From an uncultured bacterium (lineage in GTDB: Bacteria > UBP4 > UBA4092), in the NCBI GenBank assembly GCA_964644695.1, contig CAZXWN010000007.1, positions 26,610 to 90,609 of the forward strand: a stretch of DNA of 64,000 nucleotides, written 5' to 3'. The stretch's first letter is position 1; the number at the start of each line of letters is the position of its first letter. The translations under genes and the position numbers were made by a program. The notes beneath the pieces are model-generated. The model made no database searches. It saw only the letters and a program-made list of their open reading frames with translations, and was not told the origin of the DNA. Of this stretch, positions 60,837 through 64,000 are shown in pieces.

Positions 60837-62255
60837 TTATTCAATACTGAATTCAGATAATTCCACTGGAACAAGACCTGTCGCCGTAATACTCTGAATA
60901 TAAATATCATCATCTACATTCCGACCATCTGTCCATGAAACAAACACACCACCGAAACCATCTGATACTGGGACGGACTGATATTGCACTTTGTTTGTCG
61001 GATCAAGAGCAACACCGTTTTCGGCCCACATTACATTTCCAGCAAGCACTCTCTGCGCATAGACATTACAGTAATCATTCGACCGATAATCTGTCCATGT
61101 AATAAATGCGTTTCCAAAAGCATCCCCTATGATTTGTGGCGCATATTGTTGATAGGCAGCGGTACAAATTGATAACCCCCACCAAGCATTCCCAGAATTA
61201 TCCATTTCCTGTGCATAAATATCAGGGTTACCATCTCGATAATCCTCCCAGGCAATAAAGGCTCTACCATTACCGCTCGGGGCCATCACGGGACTGTTTT
61301 GATTTGTAAATGTATAAGTTTCACAGACAGGAATACCATTCTCAGGCAACAAAACCTGACCTGTACTATCAATGGCCTGGAACATAATGGCCGTATAACC
61401 AAAGGGATAGATTTCACTTTGCCAACAAATCATCGCTCCACCATATTGATCGGGTACAATTTGAACCCTACTCTGATCACCCGCGGCCGTTGAAATGGGG
61501 ACACCACCTGCTGTCCATCGAATAGCACCATTGGCATCAAGAGCCTGGGCATAGATATCTTTTCCTCCTTCCATAAATGAATTGCGGTCATCTTCCCAGA
61601 CGATGATACTGCCTCCCTGACCATCCGCAATAATTTTCGGAGCGGTTTGATTGCCCGATTCGATGCAAACAGGAACTCCATTGTTTTGATACAAAAGATT
61701 ATCTTCCCAAGATACAGCCTGGGCATAGATATCACTACCACTGCCACTTCGATAATCTTCCCATGCCATGAAAGCCCCACCTGTTCCATCTTCAACGATT
61801 TGGGCGTTTTCCTGATTACCACTTTCAGTACAAATACTCTTGCCACCCTCTGAATATTGGAGAACTCCGGCATAATTGATTTTCTGGAGACATAAATTGT
61901 TGTCTGTTTCATTCCGGAAGTCGGTCCAGATGATATAAGCTCCATGATTGTTATCCTTGGCAATTTGCGGTTGACTCTGGTCACCGGTTCCGCCGGCAAT
62001 GAGAATACCATCGGTATCCCATCGCACAATGCCTTCATTATCTATTCCTTGAGCATAGATATCCTCACCACTCCCACTACGATAGTCATTCCAGGTGATG
62101 ATGGCACCGTCCATCCCGTCGGCAGCAATTTGCGGCGTGTTTTGACTTCCGCTTGCGGTGCTGATGGAAAAACCATTCGGATTTTCCCATCCAAACACCA
62201 TCGGACATAAACCCACTAACAATAGTAGTGCTGTGCTCCATTTCTTGATTGACAT
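60837..62255 (-). CDS. secreted repeat protein (about 8 tandem 50-aa units ending DIYAQ), paralogue A
   Basis: Signal peptide, repeated G..I.W.DYR.G...DIYAQ units suggesting a beta-propeller, shared C-terminus VPVELSEFSIE. Confidence 0.55.
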   Translation of the reverse strand: MSIKKWSTALLLLVGLCPMVFGWENPNGFSISTASGSQNTPQIAADGMDGAIITWNDYRSGSGEDIYAQGIDNEGIVRWDTDGILIAGGTGDQSQPQIAKDNNHGAYIIWTDFRNETDNNLCLQKINYAGVLQYSEGGKSICTESGNQENAQIVEDGTGGAFMAWEDYRSGSGSDIYAQAVSWEDNLLYQNNGVPVCIESGNQTAPKIIADGQGGSIIVWEDDRNSFMEGGKDIYAQALDANGAIRWTAGGVPISTAAGDQSRVQIVPDQYGGAMICWQSEIYPFGYTAIMFQAIDSTGQVLLPENGIPVCETYTFTNQNSPVMAPSGNGRAFIAWEDYRDGNPDIYAQEMDNSGNAWWGLSICTAAYQQYAPQIIGDAFGNAFITWTDYRSNDYCNVYAQRVLAGNVMWAENGVALDPTNKVQYQSVPVSDGFGGVFVSWTDGRNVDDDIYIQSITATGLVPVELSEFSIE

Positions 62256-62396
62256 ACAAAGTCTCTCCTGACTTATAAGATTTAAAAACCCCAAGCTAGT
62301 GAGCTAATCCATTCATAAATATATTCTTACCTGAATCACTATTTATTAAAACAAGGTCATATTAACATAAGTTATCTTACCTTTTACTATTTATTT

Positions 62397-62434
62397 ATAA
62401 AAAAACAGGGGGTAGGTACGCGACCTAACCCCTG
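62397..62434 (-). terminator. rho-independent terminator of the second repeat-protein gene
   Basis: The same hairpin as at 60781 with one loop change, followed by a T-run on the minus strand. Confidence 0.7.
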
Positions 62435-62461
62435 CTAAAACCAGCCCGTTTTATACTTGAT

Positions 62462-63889
62462 TTATTCAATGCTGAATTCAGATAACTCCACGGGAACAAA
62501 ACCTGTATCCGTAATACTCTGAACATAAATATCATCATCCGCATTCCGATTATCTGTCCAAGCAATAACCGCACCACCAAAACCAACTGATATTGGGGCA
62601 GGTTGATATTGTACTTTCTTTGTCGGATTAAGTGCAATACCATTGTCGGCCCACGCAGTCCCCGCCCAGGAAATTTTCTGTGCGTAAATATTACAGTAAT
62701 CATTCGACCGATAGTCCGTCCAAGTAATAATTGCATTTCCAGAGTTGTCGCTCACAATTTGAGGCGTAGTTTGTTGGGAACTAGCCGTACAGACTGATAA
62801 TCCACTACCGAAGGACCACATACGACTTTCGGAATTATCAATTTCCTGCGCAAAAATATCAGCGTCGCCGTTTCGATAGTCCTCCCAGGCAATAAATGCT
62901 TTACCAGGCATATTACCCACGGCCATCACTGGATTAATTTGATCTGTATATGTGCTTGTGGAAATACAAACACCATTGGAGTCCCATTTTATCTGGCCTG
63001 TACTATCAACGGCTTGGACCATAACAGCAATATAACCAGAATATGGGATAACACTTTGCCAGCAAATAAAAGCACCCCCATATTGATCAGGTACAATCTG
63101 AACATTACTCTGATCACCCGCGGCCGTTGAAATGGGAATCCCATTTGCTTCCCACCGAATATTACCATTGGCATCAAGAGCCTGGGCATAGATATCTTTT
63201 CCGCTCATAAAGGAATTTCGTTCATCTTCCCAGACAATGATACTGCCTCCCCAACTATCAGAAATAATTTTCGGAGCCGTTTGTTCACCAGATGCGGTAC
63301 AAACAGGAGCTCCATTAGCGGCAAACAGAAGGTTATCTTCCCAAGATATAGACTGGGCGTAGATATCAGTCCCAAGACCACTGCGATAATCTTGCCAGAC
63401 CATGAGTGCTCCACCTGTACCATCTTCAGCGATTTGAGCGTTTTCCTGATTACCACTTTCAGTACAAATACTCTTTCCACCCTCTGTATATTGAAGAACT
63501 CCGCCGTAACTGATTTTCTGGAGATACAAATTGTAATCTGTTCCATTCCGGAAATCAGCCCAGAGGATATAAGCTCCATAATTTTGATCTTTGACAATTT
63601 TGGGTTGAATCTGGTCACCGATTCCGCCGGAAATGAGAATACCATCGGTATCCCATCTTACATCACCAACGTTGTCTATTCCCTGAGCATAAACATCGCA
63701 ATCAGTCCCATTACGATAATCATTCCAAGTAATAATAGCGCCCTCATACCCGTCGGCAGCAATTTGCGGCGTGTTTTGACTTCCGCTTGCGGTGCTGATG
63801 GAAAAACCATTCGGATTTTCCCACCCAAACACCATCGGGCATAACCCCATCAACACTAGTAAAGCCGCACTCCATTTCTCGATTGACAT
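62462..63889 (-). CDS. secreted repeat protein, paralogue B (about 75 to 80 % identical to A)
   Basis: Same architecture and the same C-terminal VPVELSEFSIE. Tandem duplicate including promoter-proximal and terminator sequence. Confidence 0.55.
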   Translation of the reverse strand: MSIEKWSAALLVLMGLCPMVFGWENPNGFSISTASGSQNTPQIAADGYEGAIITWNDYRNGTDCDVYAQGIDNVGDVRWDTDGILISGGIGDQIQPKIVKDQNYGAYILWADFRNGTDYNLYLQKISYGGVLQYTEGGKSICTESGNQENAQIAEDGTGGALMVWQDYRSGLGTDIYAQSISWEDNLLFAANGAPVCTASGEQTAPKIISDSWGGSIIVWEDERNSFMSGKDIYAQALDANGNIRWEANGIPISTAAGDQSNVQIVPDQYGGAFICWQSVIPYSGYIAVMVQAVDSTGQIKWDSNGVCISTSTYTDQINPVMAVGNMPGKAFIAWEDYRNGDADIFAQEIDNSESRMWSFGSGLSVCTASSQQTTPQIVSDNSGNAIITWTDYRSNDYCNIYAQKISWAGTAWADNGIALNPTKKVQYQPAPISVGFGGAVIAWTDNRNADDDIYVQSITDTGFVPVELSEFSIE

Positions 63890-64000
63890 ACAAGTCTCTC
63901 CTGACTTATTTAATTTTAAAAACCCCAAATTAATGAGCTACTCTATTCATAAATATCATGTTAGTTACATCGCCATTTATGCGCGCAATGCCATATTAAC

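Noticed and set aside
61430-62038. 202-aa and 146-aa minus-strand ORFs (61430..62038, 63205..63645) and several plus-strand ORFs within the tandem repeat-protein genes
   Set aside because: Alternative frames of highly repetitive sequence. The long frames with signal peptides and DIYAQ periodicity are the real CDSs.

Overview
This 64 kb window comes from a Gram-negative-type bacterium of uncertain lineage (lptD/lptFG, gatCAB and pcrA are present). Roughly one fifth of it (about 12.7 to 27.7 kb) is a CRISPR-Cas island. A type III-B (Cmr) operon on the minus strand lies between two CRISPR arrays that share a 36-nt repeat, GTTGCAACCCCCAGGTGATGGGGTGAGTCCTGCAGG. The operon reads cas6, cas10/cmr2 (no HD domain, GGDE palm motif), cmr3, an extra Cas7-like RAMP with a C-terminal extension, a CARF-domain protein, a 6-TM membrane protein, cmr1, cmr4, cmr5, cmr6. 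The CARF and membrane genes overlap by an ATGA stop/start and sit inside the effector operon. No canonical nuclease effector (Csx1/Csm6/Can1/NucC-like) and no cas1/cas2 are visible in the window. This is the best candidate for an undescribed cyclic-oligoadenylate-responsive membrane effector module. The downstream array is split into six mini-arrays, each with its own copy of a leader-like module of up to about 190 bp. Several families of short hairpin or palindromic motifs decorate the array flanks. The rest of the window is housekeeping and accessory genes: LPS transport, a purine permease, a pseudopilin, GH20-like and GH27 glycosidases, gatA/gatB with gatC elsewhere, an MFS transporter, two tandem B12-binding radical SAM enzymes with TPR and MBL partners, a PAS/GAF-GGDEF sensor, dtd, a znuABC-like transporter, a DMT transporter, an rfaE-like adenylyltransferase, a UvrD/PcrA helicase with its C-terminal domain in a separate ORF, a large secreted SBBP/PKD beta-propeller protein, photolyase, purM, and two tandem paralogous secreted repeat proteins duplicated together with their terminators. 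All calls rest on motif-level reading of the supplied translations. No database searches were possible.
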